A stretch of DNA of 32,000 nt, taken from the NCBI GenBank assembly GCA_964616815.1, contig CAZTTY010000009.1, positions 23,735 through 55,734 on the forward strand. The letters run 5' to 3'. Shown in pieces: positions 9,250-17,510 of this stretch; within the stretch, counting starts at the first letter, position 1; each line of letters starts with the position of its first letter. The position numbers and the translations under genes are program-made. The notes beneath the pieces were generated by a model. It was not told the DNA's origin. It saw only the letters and a list, made by a program, of their open reading frames with translations, and made no database searches. Source of the DNA: an uncultured Gemmatimonadaceae bacterium (GTDB lineage: Bacteria; Gemmatimonadota; Gemmatimonadetes; Gemmatimonadales; Gemmatimonadaceae).

Positions 9250-9346
9250 TCGATCCCGAGCTCCTTCCCGCACCGCGTGATGGCCGAGCGTTATCGCCAG
9301 GTCGTCGGTGGGCGCCTGCGCGTGTTCGGCGTTCGATGCTCCGATC
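9250..9346. repeat. Orphan fragment related to the 5' end of abiEii (19317-19348) and to the 3' end of ORF 16113-16436
   Basis: 9250-9281 matches 19317-19348 at 29 of 32 nt. On the minus strand it encodes ITRCGKELGID, versus ITRCGKELGIE in AbiEii. 9277-9346 aligns with 16377-16446. The fragment has in-frame stops or a frameshift in either reading, so it is not an intact gene. Confidence 0.45.
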
Positions 9347-9376
9347 TCCGCTACCCGGCGGCGGGTACTCGTAGTC

Positions 9377-9435
9377 GGCTCCTCTTGCCAAACCAGAGGA
9401 GCCGCGCTAGTATCTCCTCTGGCTAAACCAGAGGA
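9377..9435 (+). promoter_or_regulatory. Candidate promoter (TTGCCA-17 nt-TAGTAT) interleaved with two palindromic operators upstream of padR
   Basis: IR1 is GGCTCCTCT (9377-9385), 9 nt, AGAGGAGCC (9395-9403). IR2 is TCCTCTGG (9415-9422), 5 nt, CCAGAGGA (9428-9435). The 22-nt units CTCCTCTtGCcAAACCAGAGGA and CTCCTCTgGCtAAACCAGAGGA match at 20 of 22 nt and start 35 bp apart. The -35 is at 9385-9390 and the -10 at 9408-9413. IR2 covers the GAGGA Shine-Dalgarno of padR. Confidence 0.5.
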
Positions 9436-9441
9436 ACCCTC

Positions 9442-9774
9442 TTGACCACCGACCGATCCCGGATCGTCCCTGGCACGCTCGAGATGCTCGTGCTCAAGAC
9501 GCTGTCTCTCGAGCCCATGCACGGGTGGGGCATCGGCGAGCGCATCCAGGAGCTCTCGCGCGACGCCTTCGCCGTGAACCAGGGGACGCTCTACCCCACC
9601 CTCGAGCGGCTGCTCCGCGCCGGGATGATCACGCCAGAGTGGCGCACCACCGAGAACAACCGCCGCGCGCGCTACTACCGCATCACGCGGTCGGGGCTCG
9701 AGCACCTCGAGACCGAGCGCCGGAAGTGGGAACGCTCCGCTCGCGCCATCAACCTCATCCTGCGCACGACCTAG
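9442..9774 (+). CDS. PadR-family transcriptional regulator
   Basis: TTG start with GAGGA 6 nt upstream. Winged-HTH signature LEMLVLKTLSLEPMHGWGIGERIQELSRDAFAVNQGTLYPTLERLLRAGMI...RRARYYRITRSG. Confidence 0.9.
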   Translation: MTTDRSRIVPGTLEMLVLKTLSLEPMHGWGIGERIQELSRDAFAVNQGTLYPTLERLLRAGMITPEWRTTENNRRARYYRITRSGLEHLETERRKWERSARAINLILRTT

Positions 9775-9790
9775 CGCACACGGGCGCCAC

Positions 9791-12502
9791 ATGTCACGAC
9801 TTGCCGGATGGCTCTACACGCTTCGCTCGCTTCTTCGCCGCAACGAAGCGGATCGCGAGATGGCCGACGAGATCGAGTTCCATATCGAGCACCAGACTCG
9901 CAAGCACGAATCGCGCGGGCTGCCTCCCGGCGAGGCGCGCCGGCGCGCGCTACGCGAGTTCGGCGGAGCTACGCGCTGGCGCGAAGAGGCCCGGCGAGCG
10001 CGCGGCAGCGGCATCATCGACGTCGTCGAGCAGGACGCTCGCGCGACGCTCCGCGGTCTGCGGCGCGATCCCGCTTTCGTCGCGATGGCGACTGTCACGC
10101 TCGCGCTGGCCATCGGCGCCAACGCCGCGATGTTCGGAATCATCGACCGGTTGCTGCTGCGCGGGCCGGAGCACGTGGTCGCGCCGGAGCAGCTCGTTCG
10201 CGTTTACGTCACGCGTGTGACGCCGAGCTCCGAGGTCACTACGTCCGGCTGGCAGCCGTACGTCCTCTACCAGAACGCGCGCGACAATACGTCGGCGTTC
10301 TCGTCGGTCGCTATCTACGCGTCCGACAGGCTCCGGATCGGCTCGGGCACGGAGGCGCGCTTCGTACCCGTGACGTATGCGACGCCGGATCTGTTCCAGC
10401 TCGCGGGAGCTCGTCCGGCGCTCGGGCGCTTCTATTCGGCTTTCGAGGACCATCCACCCACGGGAGCGCGCGTAGTGGTGCTCGGCTATGGCTTCTGGCA
10501 ACGCGAGCTCGCTGGCGACTCCTCGGTAGTCGGCAAGCTCGTCACGCTAGGGGACGGGCGCTTCCGCGTGGTCGGCGTCGCGCCTCGCGGGTTCACGGGA
10601 GTCGAACGCGCGCCGGTCGATGCCTGGATCCCCATGAGCGACCGCCCGCGCAACCCCGAGGCGGCCGCCGATTGGACGACGAGCTGGCGATCCGATCGCG
10701 CAAGCATCGTGGGCCGCTTGGCGGTGACCAGGTCCGTGGCCCAGGAGCAGCTCACCGCCATGGTGCGCCGCGCGTACGTCGGTAAGGACCAGTCGATGCG
10801 AACCGCGAAGGTGACGGTTCTACCGGTGTCGTACGATATGCACGGTGCCGAGCCCGCGGAGCTCGGCGTCGCGCGGCTGCTGGCCGGAGTGACGCTGATC
10901 ATGCTGCTCGTAGCGGCCGCGAACGCCACCAATCTCGTACTCGCCCGAGCGATCCGCCGCCGCCGCGAGCTCGGCGTTCGCGTGGCGCTCGGTGCGGGAC
11001 GGTGGCGCGTCGTTCGCCTGATGGTCTTCGAGTCGGTTACGATCGCGCTGCTGGGCGGCCTTCTGGGACTCGTGATCGCGCAGTGGGGCGGTGGGATCAT
11101 CCGTCGAACGCTGCTCCCCGAGGTCGCCTGGGATGCGATGCCGGTAGATGGTCGCGTGCTGGCGTGGACGGCGATCGTCACGCTCCTCACCGGCGTGGTC
11201 GTGGGACTCATACCGGCGCTGCGTGTGAGCGGCGGGGACGCCGTCGCTGCGCTGCGAGGAGGTAGAACGGGTGGCGGAGGCGGCGCGGATTCGCACGGTG
11301 CGGCGCGCACTACGCTGCAGGTCGCGCAGCTCGCGCTCAGTCTCGTGCTGCTCTTCGCCGCTGCTCTCTTCGTCAGGAGCCTGTTCAACATTCGCCATCT
11401 CGACCTCGGCTACGATCGCGACCGGGTACTGGCGGTGGATGCATCCTTCCCCCGGCTCGACTCGGGGGCGATGGACGCAGCCGCGCGCGGCCCACTCGCC
11501 GCGCAGGCTCGCTACGAGGAGCTGCGCGAACGATTCGCGCGTCTCCCGGGGGTCGCCAGCGCCAGCATTGCATTCGGCAGTCCGCTGGCGTCGCTCAACG
11601 TCTTGCGAATCCGGGTACCCGGCCTCGACTCGCTACCGCCAGCGAAGGGCGGTATCACCATGATCACGAATGCTGCTCCGACGTATTTCGAAACCGTCGG
11701 CACGCGGATACTGCGCGGTCGCGGCTTCACCGCGAACGATGGGTTCGGAACCGAGCCCGTTGTCGTCGTGAACGAGACGCTGGCCAGGACGATCTGGCCG
11801 CGAGTCGATCCCATCGGCCGCTGTATAGTGCTCGCCGGAGTGAATGGCGGCGCGTGTGCGCGAGTAGTGGGCATCGCGCAGGACGTCCACCACATGACGC
11901 TTCGGGAAGACGCCTTCAATCAGAGCTACATCCCCTGGGGACAGGACAGGCGTGCGGTGGAAGGCTCGGTGCTGCTGGTTCGCGCGAGCGGCGATGATGC
12001 CGCAGCGCTGGCCACGGCGCTGAACGGCGTCCTGCGGCGGTCTGCTCCGGAGATGCACTCGGTCGAAATCAGGACATTCGAGCAGTTGCTCGATCCGCAG
12101 ATACGCCCGTGGCGCGTCGGAGCGACGTTGTTCGGACTGTTCGGCGGGATCGTGATGGTGGTGGCGGCGATCGGCCTGTTCAGCGTTGTCTCGTACCTGG
12201 TCACTCAGCGCACGCACGAATTCGGCGTCCGCACCGCCCTGGGTGCCCGGCGTAGGCACGTGCTCAGTCTCGTCATGGGAAGCGGGCTGCGTACCGCCAT
12301 CGCCGGGACGGTAGTCGGAAGCGTCGTGTCGATCGCCATCGCGCCGTTCCTTCAACCGTTGCTCTTCGATATCCACGCGCGCGATCCGTGGTTGCTTGCC
12401 GTGGTCGCAGCCATCCTGTTGGTCATTGCCGCCGCGGCGAGTCTCTGGCCATCGTGGCGCGCTACACGTGTAGACCCACTCCTGGCCCTGAAAGCAGAGT
12501 AA
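9791..12502 (+). CDS. Duplicated FtsX-domain ABC-type permease (MacB-like, 'ADOP' duplicated orphan permease type)
   Basis: 903 aa. The N-terminal prefix LRSLLRRNEADREMADEIEFHIEHQT...RRRALREFGG is typical of PadR-linked permeases. There are two MacB-like periplasmic domain plus FtsX 4-TM modules; the second ends HEFGVRTALGARRRHVLSLVM...WPSWRATRVDPLLALKAE. Confidence 0.9.
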   Translation: MSRLAGWLYTLRSLLRRNEADREMADEIEFHIEHQTRKHESRGLPPGEARRRALREFGGATRWREEARRARGSGIIDVVEQDARATLRGLRRDPAFVAMATVTLALAIGANAAMFGIIDRLLLRGPEHVVAPEQLVRVYVTRVTPSSEVTTSGWQPYVLYQNARDNTSAFSSVAIYASDRLRIGSGTEARFVPVTYATPDLFQLAGARPALGRFYSAFEDHPPTGARVVVLGYGFWQRELAGDSSVVGKLVTLGDGRFRVVGVAPRGFTGVERAPVDAWIPMSDRPRNPEAAADWTTSWRSDRASIVGRLAVTRSVAQEQLTAMVRRAYVGKDQSMRTAKVTVLPVSYDMHGAEPAELGVARLLAGVTLIMLLVAAANATNLVLARAIRRRRELGVRVALGAGRWRVVRLMVFESVTIALLGGLLGLVIAQWGGGIIRRTLLPEVAWDAMPVDGRVLAWTAIVTLLTGVVVGLIPALRVSGGDAVAALRGGRTGGGGGADSHGAARTTLQVAQLALSLVLLFAAALFVRSLFNIRHLDLGYDRDRVLAVDASFPRLDSGAMDAAARGPLAAQARYEELRERFARLPGVASASIAFGSPLASLNVLRIRVPGLDSLPPAKGGITMITNAAPTYFETVGTRILRGRGFTANDGFGTEPVVVVNETLARTIWPRVDPIGRCIVLAGVNGGACARVVGIAQDVHHMTLREDAFNQSYIPWGQDRRAVEGSVLLVRASGDDAAALATALNGVLRRSAPEMHSVEIRTFEQLLDPQIRPWRVGATLFGLFGGIVMVVAAIGLFSVVSYLVTQRTHEFGVRTALGARRRHVLSLVMGSGLRTAIAGTVVGSVVSIAIAPFLQPLLFDIHARDPWLLAVVAAILLVIAAAASLWPSWRATRVDPLLALKAE

Positions 12503-12856
12503 CAGAGGACCTCTTCGCCACCATCAGGCTGCTCTACCCCGAGCCCGAAGCAACCGAGTTCGCGACCGACCTGGCCGACGACCTGGGCCAGGTCGGCGTG
12601 ATCTGGTCCAGCAACATTCTCCTCCTCTCGGCACTGCGCTCCGAAGAGCAGTGGGAGCGCATGCGTGCCTTCCTCGAGCTCACGCCCGATGCCATGAACG
12701 TTGCAGTGCAGAACGCCAGGCGTGATATCCGATTTCCTCCGCGCTGACCTCGAGCGCGAGCGATTGTCGCGAAGTTCCTCTACGCCACGCCTGCCGAAGC
12801 GACGCCATCGCCGCATCTGATCGATACCGGCGATCAGTCCCGTTCGTCCACCATGT

Positions 12857-13888
12857 ATGCGCCCTCCATCGCATGGCTGTCACGCCTGGGCGATCGCTCT
12901 CTCCCTGGCGCTCTCCATTCTCGCACCGCCGCACCCGGCCCGCGCCCAGCAGCCCGACTCCCTCCCGGATCTCGCTCCCGGCTCGATCTACATCTCGGGC
13001 TACGATGATGTCGCCCGTGCCGCCGGCCTCCAGCCGCTCCGCCTCGTGCGACTCGGCGCCGGCCGGCGCGAGGTTCGCATCTGGATCGGGGTCGCGATCG
13101 CGATCCCGATGCAGCTCTACCGCTTCGTCGATCACGGCGGACGGGTGACTGGTGAGCTCATCTATCACTGGCCGGCCTCGCCACCGGATACCGCGCTCGG
13201 CGAACGCCCGGGCGAGACGAGTCACGACTTGATGCTGCACATCCTCCGCGGGCGCTGCGATCGGTTCGCGGTTGCCGAGGAGACCGGCATCTGCCGCGCG
13301 CGTTTCACGCAGACGCCCGACTGGTCACGCGTGCTTCGCACCGCGGAGTCGCACGGCCTGTGGACGATTCCCGATCAGTCGACGCTTCCGCCGGACAGCA
13401 TCATGGTCTTCGACGGCTGGTCGATCGTCGTCGAGTTGCGCGATGCGAATGGTTATCGCTCGTACCGCTATGACACGCCCGAATCACACAGGAAATGGCC
13501 GTCCGCCGCGCAGGCCAGCGAGGTGGCCAATGCGCTCGGGGCGATCGACTCGCTCCTCGCTCCGAGTGATGTGAATCGAGTCTATCGCGGGGTGACGACT
13601 GGTCGGTACCGGAGCGCCTTCCGCTCCTGCGACGGTGACAACATGTGGGAGTTTCACTCCGATCTGCGAGCCCTCGCGCGCAACGCGCCGCCACGCATCC
13701 GTGCGCTGTTCCCCGACGACAGCAGCGGTGTCGCCTCCGACAGCTCCCTCTTCTACGTCGAGGTTTTTGCCTCGCTCACGCCCGAATGGGTCGCGCGCGA
13801 CTGGGGATCCAGCTTTCCGCGCGCGCTGGACGTCATGGAACTGCGCGACGCGCGCCCCTGGACGGGCGTGGAGTGCGGGGCGCGGTGA
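12857..13888 (+). CDS. Exported hypothetical protein
   Basis: 343-aa ORF with a signal peptide WAIALSLALSILAPPHPARAQQ and coding-like third-position G+C. I recognise no family. Confidence 0.6.
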   Translation: MRPPSHGCHAWAIALSLALSILAPPHPARAQQPDSLPDLAPGSIYISGYDDVARAAGLQPLRLVRLGAGRREVRIWIGVAIAIPMQLYRFVDHGGRVTGELIYHWPASPPDTALGERPGETSHDLMLHILRGRCDRFAVAEETGICRARFTQTPDWSRVLRTAESHGLWTIPDQSTLPPDSIMVFDGWSIVVELRDANGYRSYRYDTPESHRKWPSAAQASEVANALGAIDSLLAPSDVNRVYRGVTTGRYRSAFRSCDGDNMWEFHSDLRALARNAPPRIRALFPDDSSGVASDSSLFYVEVFASLTPEWVARDWGSSFPRALDVMELRDARPWTGVECGAR

Positions 13889-13996
13889 CGAGGTGGCAGA
13901 GCGCGTAACGCCCCTCGTGACCTTCGCTCGGAAGCGCCCGTTCCGCGGCCGGTCACTGCTCGTCGAGCGACTCGGCATTCCAAGCCAGGTAGCAAC

Positions 13997-14536
13997 TTAC
14001 ATCGACTGCGCGTGGCGCCCAACTTCGGCCGACGTCGCTTTGACCATCGTGATGCACAAGTACACGCAGACCGGCCCGATGATCAGGTCGTCGTCCGGCT
14101 CGCTGGGAACACACCCCTGGTCGTCCAGGAGGAAGCAGATCTCGTCCCCTTCGAGGGTGTAGCCGGGACATTCGCCGCACGAGGGACCTCCACCGTCGTT
14201 CTTGCGCGACATGGTGTGCGTGGTCTTGACCGCTGAGATGTCCTTCCGCCCCGTGCGTGCTTGCCAGCTCGCAATGTCCTTTGCCAGGACTTCGACCTCG
14301 CGCCTGAGATCGGGTGACATTTTTCCGGCCTTCACTACCTGCGCCTTCAGCTTCTCCGTTCTCTCCATCAGGAGCGCCAGCTCCTTGTCCGCCTCCGCCC
14401 GCGAGATGCCAGCGGTTCGCGCGCTCATCTGGGCACGTACCGTCATCGGGGGCTCGGATGGCTGCTCGTCCGAGCAGCCTCCCAGCGAGATCGCCAGGGC
14501 GCCGGCGATCAGCGTCATCCACGTTCTCGAGTGCAT
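13997..14536 (-). CDS. Hypothetical lipoprotein with coiled-coil middle and Cys-rich C-terminus
   Basis: Track ORF 13997..14785 trimmed to ATG 14536, which has GGAGA 4 nt upstream. Lipobox in MHSRTWMTLIAGALAISLGGCS. C-terminus reads GGGPSCGECPGYTLEGDEICFLLDDQGCVPSE...GPVCVYLC. Confidence 0.6.
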   Translation of the reverse strand: MHSRTWMTLIAGALAISLGGCSDEQPSEPPMTVRAQMSARTAGISRAEADKELALLMERTEKLKAQVVKAGKMSPDLRREVEVLAKDIASWQARTGRKDISAVKTTHTMSRKNDGGGPSCGECPGYTLEGDEICFLLDDQGCVPSEPDDDLIIGPVCVYLCITMVKATSAEVGRHAQSM

Positions 14537-14705
14537 GTTGTCTCCGTCGCTGTCGTTGCGATCCGTGCAAAGCTCGGCGGGCCCGATTCCCATCCGCTCT
14601 ACTGAATGAGATCGGAATTCGGAGGTCGAACGCGACAACGACTGTCGATCGAGGCTGTTTGCCGCGGCTCCCGGAGACGTGTCCGCCTCCGCGACCGCGT
14701 ACGCA

Positions 14706-15938
14706 TCACGCACCCCAGTCCGCGGTGCACGCGTAGAACCCGAGCGTCTCGGAGCTTCTCGCGACGTACTCCCGATTCGTGCCATCTCCGTTCATGATGT
14801 AGATGTCTCCGTCGGCACAGTAGACGAGCCGCCCTCCGCCGGGCGACCAGGAGGCGCTGTGGCTGTAGGCAACGTCGTCCGTCAGCTGCTCGCGGTCGCT
14901 TCCATCGCTGGCGATCGTGAAGATGTTGGAGCTTCCTGCCGGAACACCGATCGTGATGGCGAGCCTCTCTCCGGAGAGCGACCAGGCAGGGAAGCCGGTG
15001 AAACTGGCCTCGCTGGTGATCGGCTCCCGGTTGCTGCCATCGCTGTCGATGATCGCGATGTTGTAATGGCCACCGTAGGGAGGCGGGTCGCTCATGAAGG
15101 CGATGCGCGCCCCATCGCGCGACCACGCTGCCCAGTAGTCGGCGGCGGTGTCGGGTGTCACGAGATGGAGGTTTCCTCCATCGCCCGCATCGATGGTGTA
15201 GATCTCCATCCTGCCGTCGCGATTGCTGTTGAAGGCGATCTTCTCTCCGTCCGGCGACCAGGCGGGATACTCGTCGTCCCCCGGGTCGTTGGTGAGGCGC
15301 TGGAGTCCGGAGCCGTCGGCGTTCATCACGTAGATCTCGGTGTTGCCCTCCCGACTGCTCATGAACGCGATCTTCGACCCGTCCGGTGACCAGCGTGGGA
15401 CCATGTTGTCGAAGCCGCTTGTGACTGTGAGTTGGTGCAGCCCGCTCCCATCGGGGGCGATCGTGTACAACTCGAAGTTGGCGTCGCCGTCGGCTCCCTG
15501 GCGGTTGCTGTAGAAGAGGATCTTCCCGTCGGTGCACGCGACGGTGAAGGGGACGGTGGCCGTGTCACCCGCGGTCACGTTCACGGCTCGGGCGTGAGAG
15601 CCATCGATGGTACAGTGCTGCGCCACGCCGCCGAGCTCCACGTCGTGACTACCAGCGGTGAGGTTCGACAGGGTGAGCGAGCCATCGGCGCCGATCGTCT
15701 GCGCGGTGCCGCCGTCGATCGCCACTGTGTATCCGTCCCGGTCGGGATCCACGCCGGCCGTGGATGTCGTCACGGTCATCGCGCCGGTGGTCGGCGGGGG
15801 ATTCGGGCCGGTGCCGCCACTGTCTCCGCTCCCTCTGCCGCACGCTCCCAGGAGCATGGCCAGGAGGAGGACACCGGGGACTATCTCGTTCCGACGGTGC
15901 GCGCCGGTAGCGCGCCGTGCTCTACGGACATTGTACAT
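14706..15938 (-). CDS. TolB-like beta-propeller (PD40 repeat) lipoprotein
   Basis: Track ORF trimmed to ATG 15938, giving MYNVRRARR...VPGVLLLAMLLGACG with a lipobox. Repeated PD40 units include PRWSPDGSKIAFMSSREGNTEIYVMNADGSGLQRLT and PAWSPDGEKIAFNSNRDGRMEIYTI. Confidence 0.85.
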   Translation of the reverse strand: MYNVRRARRATGAHRRNEIVPGVLLLAMLLGACGRGSGDSGGTGPNPPPTTGAMTVTTSTAGVDPDRDGYTVAIDGGTAQTIGADGSLTLSNLTAGSHDVELGGVAQHCTIDGSHARAVNVTAGDTATVPFTVACTDGKILFYSNRQGADGDANFELYTIAPDGSGLHQLTVTSGFDNMVPRWSPDGSKIAFMSSREGNTEIYVMNADGSGLQRLTNDPGDDEYPAWSPDGEKIAFNSNRDGRMEIYTIDAGDGGNLHLVTPDTAADYWAAWSRDGARIAFMSDPPPYGGHYNIAIIDSDGSNREPITSEASFTGFPAWSLSGERLAITIGVPAGSSNIFTIASDGSDREQLTDDVAYSHSASWSPGGGRLVYCADGDIYIMNGDGTNREYVARSSETLGFYACTADWGA

Positions 15939-16112
15939 GGAGTTGGCTCTCGCGGGGTTGTCGTTTCCGATGGATGGCTGGCCGGGTGGCCGGCACCGGG
16001 AGCGGTGCGCGCCGGGGTGGACGGGTCGCGTGAGGCAGCCGACCTCTTCTGTAGATCGAAAACGGAGGGGGAGAGGCGACACGGGTCGCCTGGTGCCGAC
16101 GCGCGCGGTGAG

Positions 16113-16436
16113 GTGGCGTTACCGTGCGAGAGTTGCGTCGCGAGATTCGATTATTCGCCGCTCTACGACCTGCTCAATACCACGCTCGCCATTCCGGATG
16201 ACGACTTCGCGCTACCGGTGAACGGAAAGAAGAACAGGCTGCGAGTTCGTGACATTGCGAAGTTGGCGACGTGGTGGAGGGGGACCAAATCCGTGGCCGA
16301 AGAGCAGATCATGGCAGTCGCCGTCGGAGTGCGACGCAATCTCGATGAGGTCCTCGGCTGCGCACACTTGCCGGAGGTGATGGCCGAGCGTTACCGCAGT
16401 GTGGTCGACGGGCGCCTGCGGGATTTCGGTGTGTGA
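16113..16436 (+). CDS. Possible small hypothetical protein (start uncertain; GTG 16113 is the first candidate)
   Basis: Tail of track ORF 15432..16436. It reads ...FDYSPLYDLLNTTLAIPDDDFALPVNGKKNRLRVRDIAKLATWWRGTKSVAEEQIMAVAVGVRRNLDEVLGCAHLPEVMAERYRSVVDGRLRDFGV*. The last 19 codons are conserved with the copy at 9277-9333, mostly through third-position changes. The opposite strand resembles an AbiEii N-terminus, so the coding strand is ambiguous. Confidence 0.3.
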   Translation: MALPCESCVARFDYSPLYDLLNTTLAIPDDDFALPVNGKKNRLRVRDIAKLATWWRGTKSVAEEQIMAVAVGVRRNLDEVLGCAHLPEVMAERYRSVVDGRLRDFGV

Positions 16437-16680
16437 TGCTCCGACCTCGATCATCGCGCTCTCCGATGGCGGAGGTCCCGCGCGCAGCGCGCCGCCACGC
16501 ATCGCCTGATTTGCTACAGGGAGCTTTAGTACATTTCCTTGTAGTAAATGCCTCGGGGCACGAGCCGGATAGTCTCCCGTCATAGCTCCTGTCGTACATC
16601 CGGCGCCACCGAGCGCGGCGCTCCCGCTACGGCGCGGATACGAAGGGGCCTGGCCGATTTGTATGTCTGGCTTTTCGCGA

Positions 16681-17424
16681 TCAGCCCACCTCTCTCGGCC
16701 ACGAAAAATCGATCGACGTCTCACCCGTGACCACGCCGTCTGCCGTGTAGCGACGCTCGACGATTTGGCCGCCCCCTGCATCATTGATCGCCACGACGGT
16801 GCTGCATCGCGTCCCGTAGACCGGGTCCAATGTGAAGATCGGCGATGACGAAGGGTCGCGCGGCCCGGCGGGCAGCTCGACATCGGGAAGGGTGCGTTCG
16901 CCGAGCGCATCGAGCAGTTGCTCTGGCATCCATTCACCGTCCGCGACCCAGTCGGCCAGCACCGATTTCAGCCGTACTGTTTTCGGCCACGGTTCATCGA
17001 GCTGGCCGTTCGAAAGGCCGTAAATACCGGGCTCGAGCAGGGCCCGGCCAGGCTTCGGTCGGTTGGTCAGAAACCAGGCCTGCATCGGTCCGGCCTCGAT
17101 CAGGTTGAACGGATTGTAGGCGTCGGGCGCGACAGGGAGAGGATCCGCCGCACCGGCCAGTATCCGGGTGACCAGGGCGCCGCGTGATGCCCGCGCAGGT
17201 ACCGGCGGACCGAAGCCGTGCAGATTCGTCACCACCGCGAAGCGCCCGGCTTCGGAGACGCCGAGCCAGGTTCCGCCCGATTGCAGGTCTCGCCCCGCGA
17301 TCAGCTCTTCCGGGTTCCACCGGGCCAGCGGCGCGGCAGGGCGTGCATGCAATTCGTCCCTGTTGCCGGCGAGAACCAGAGGCCAGCGCGGATGCGCGTG
17401 CCAGGCGAATGCGAGTACGCACAT
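16681..17424 (-). CDS. NRDE-family protein (DUF833/TANGO2-like)
   Basis: N-terminal MCVLAFAWHAHPRWPLVLAGNRDELHARP, containing the eponymous NRDE motif and Cys2, then GGTWLGVSEAGRFAVVTN. Confidence 0.85.
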   Translation of the reverse strand: MCVLAFAWHAHPRWPLVLAGNRDELHARPAAPLARWNPEELIAGRDLQSGGTWLGVSEAGRFAVVTNLHGFGPPVPARASRGALVTRILAGAADPLPVAPDAYNPFNLIEAGPMQAWFLTNRPKPGRALLEPGIYGLSNGQLDEPWPKTVRLKSVLADWVADGEWMPEQLLDALGERTLPDVELPAGPRDPSSSPIFTLDPVYGTRCSTVVAINDAGGGQIVERRYTADGVVTGETSIDFSWPREVG

Positions 17425-17479
17425 TGGTCAGTCTCGACGGAAAGGCGTTGCGTGAAGCGGTTGGTGATATGTTCCTGGC

Positions 17480-17510
17480 CAGATTCTGCAGACAGTGTCT
17501 GCGGAATCTG
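17480..17510. repeat. 31-bp near-perfect palindrome in the NRDE/ferritin divergent spacer
   Basis: CAGATTCTGCAGACA-G-TGTCTGCGGAATCTG. The arms are 15 bp with one mismatch, which would be a G-U pair if transcribed from the + strand. Confidence 0.8.

Noticed and set aside
15939-16082. 48-codon N-terminal extension of the TolB-like ORF
   Set aside because: The internal Met at 15938 yields a canonical lipoprotein signal peptide (LLLAMLLGAC). The extension has none.
16514-16544. Imperfect hairpin CTACAGGGA-N13-TCCTTGTAG in an A+T-rich patch between ORF 16113-16436 and the NRDE gene
   Set aside because: The 9-bp stem needs a G-U pair, the loop is large, and there is no U-tract on either strand. 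This is not enough to call a terminator or an RNA element.
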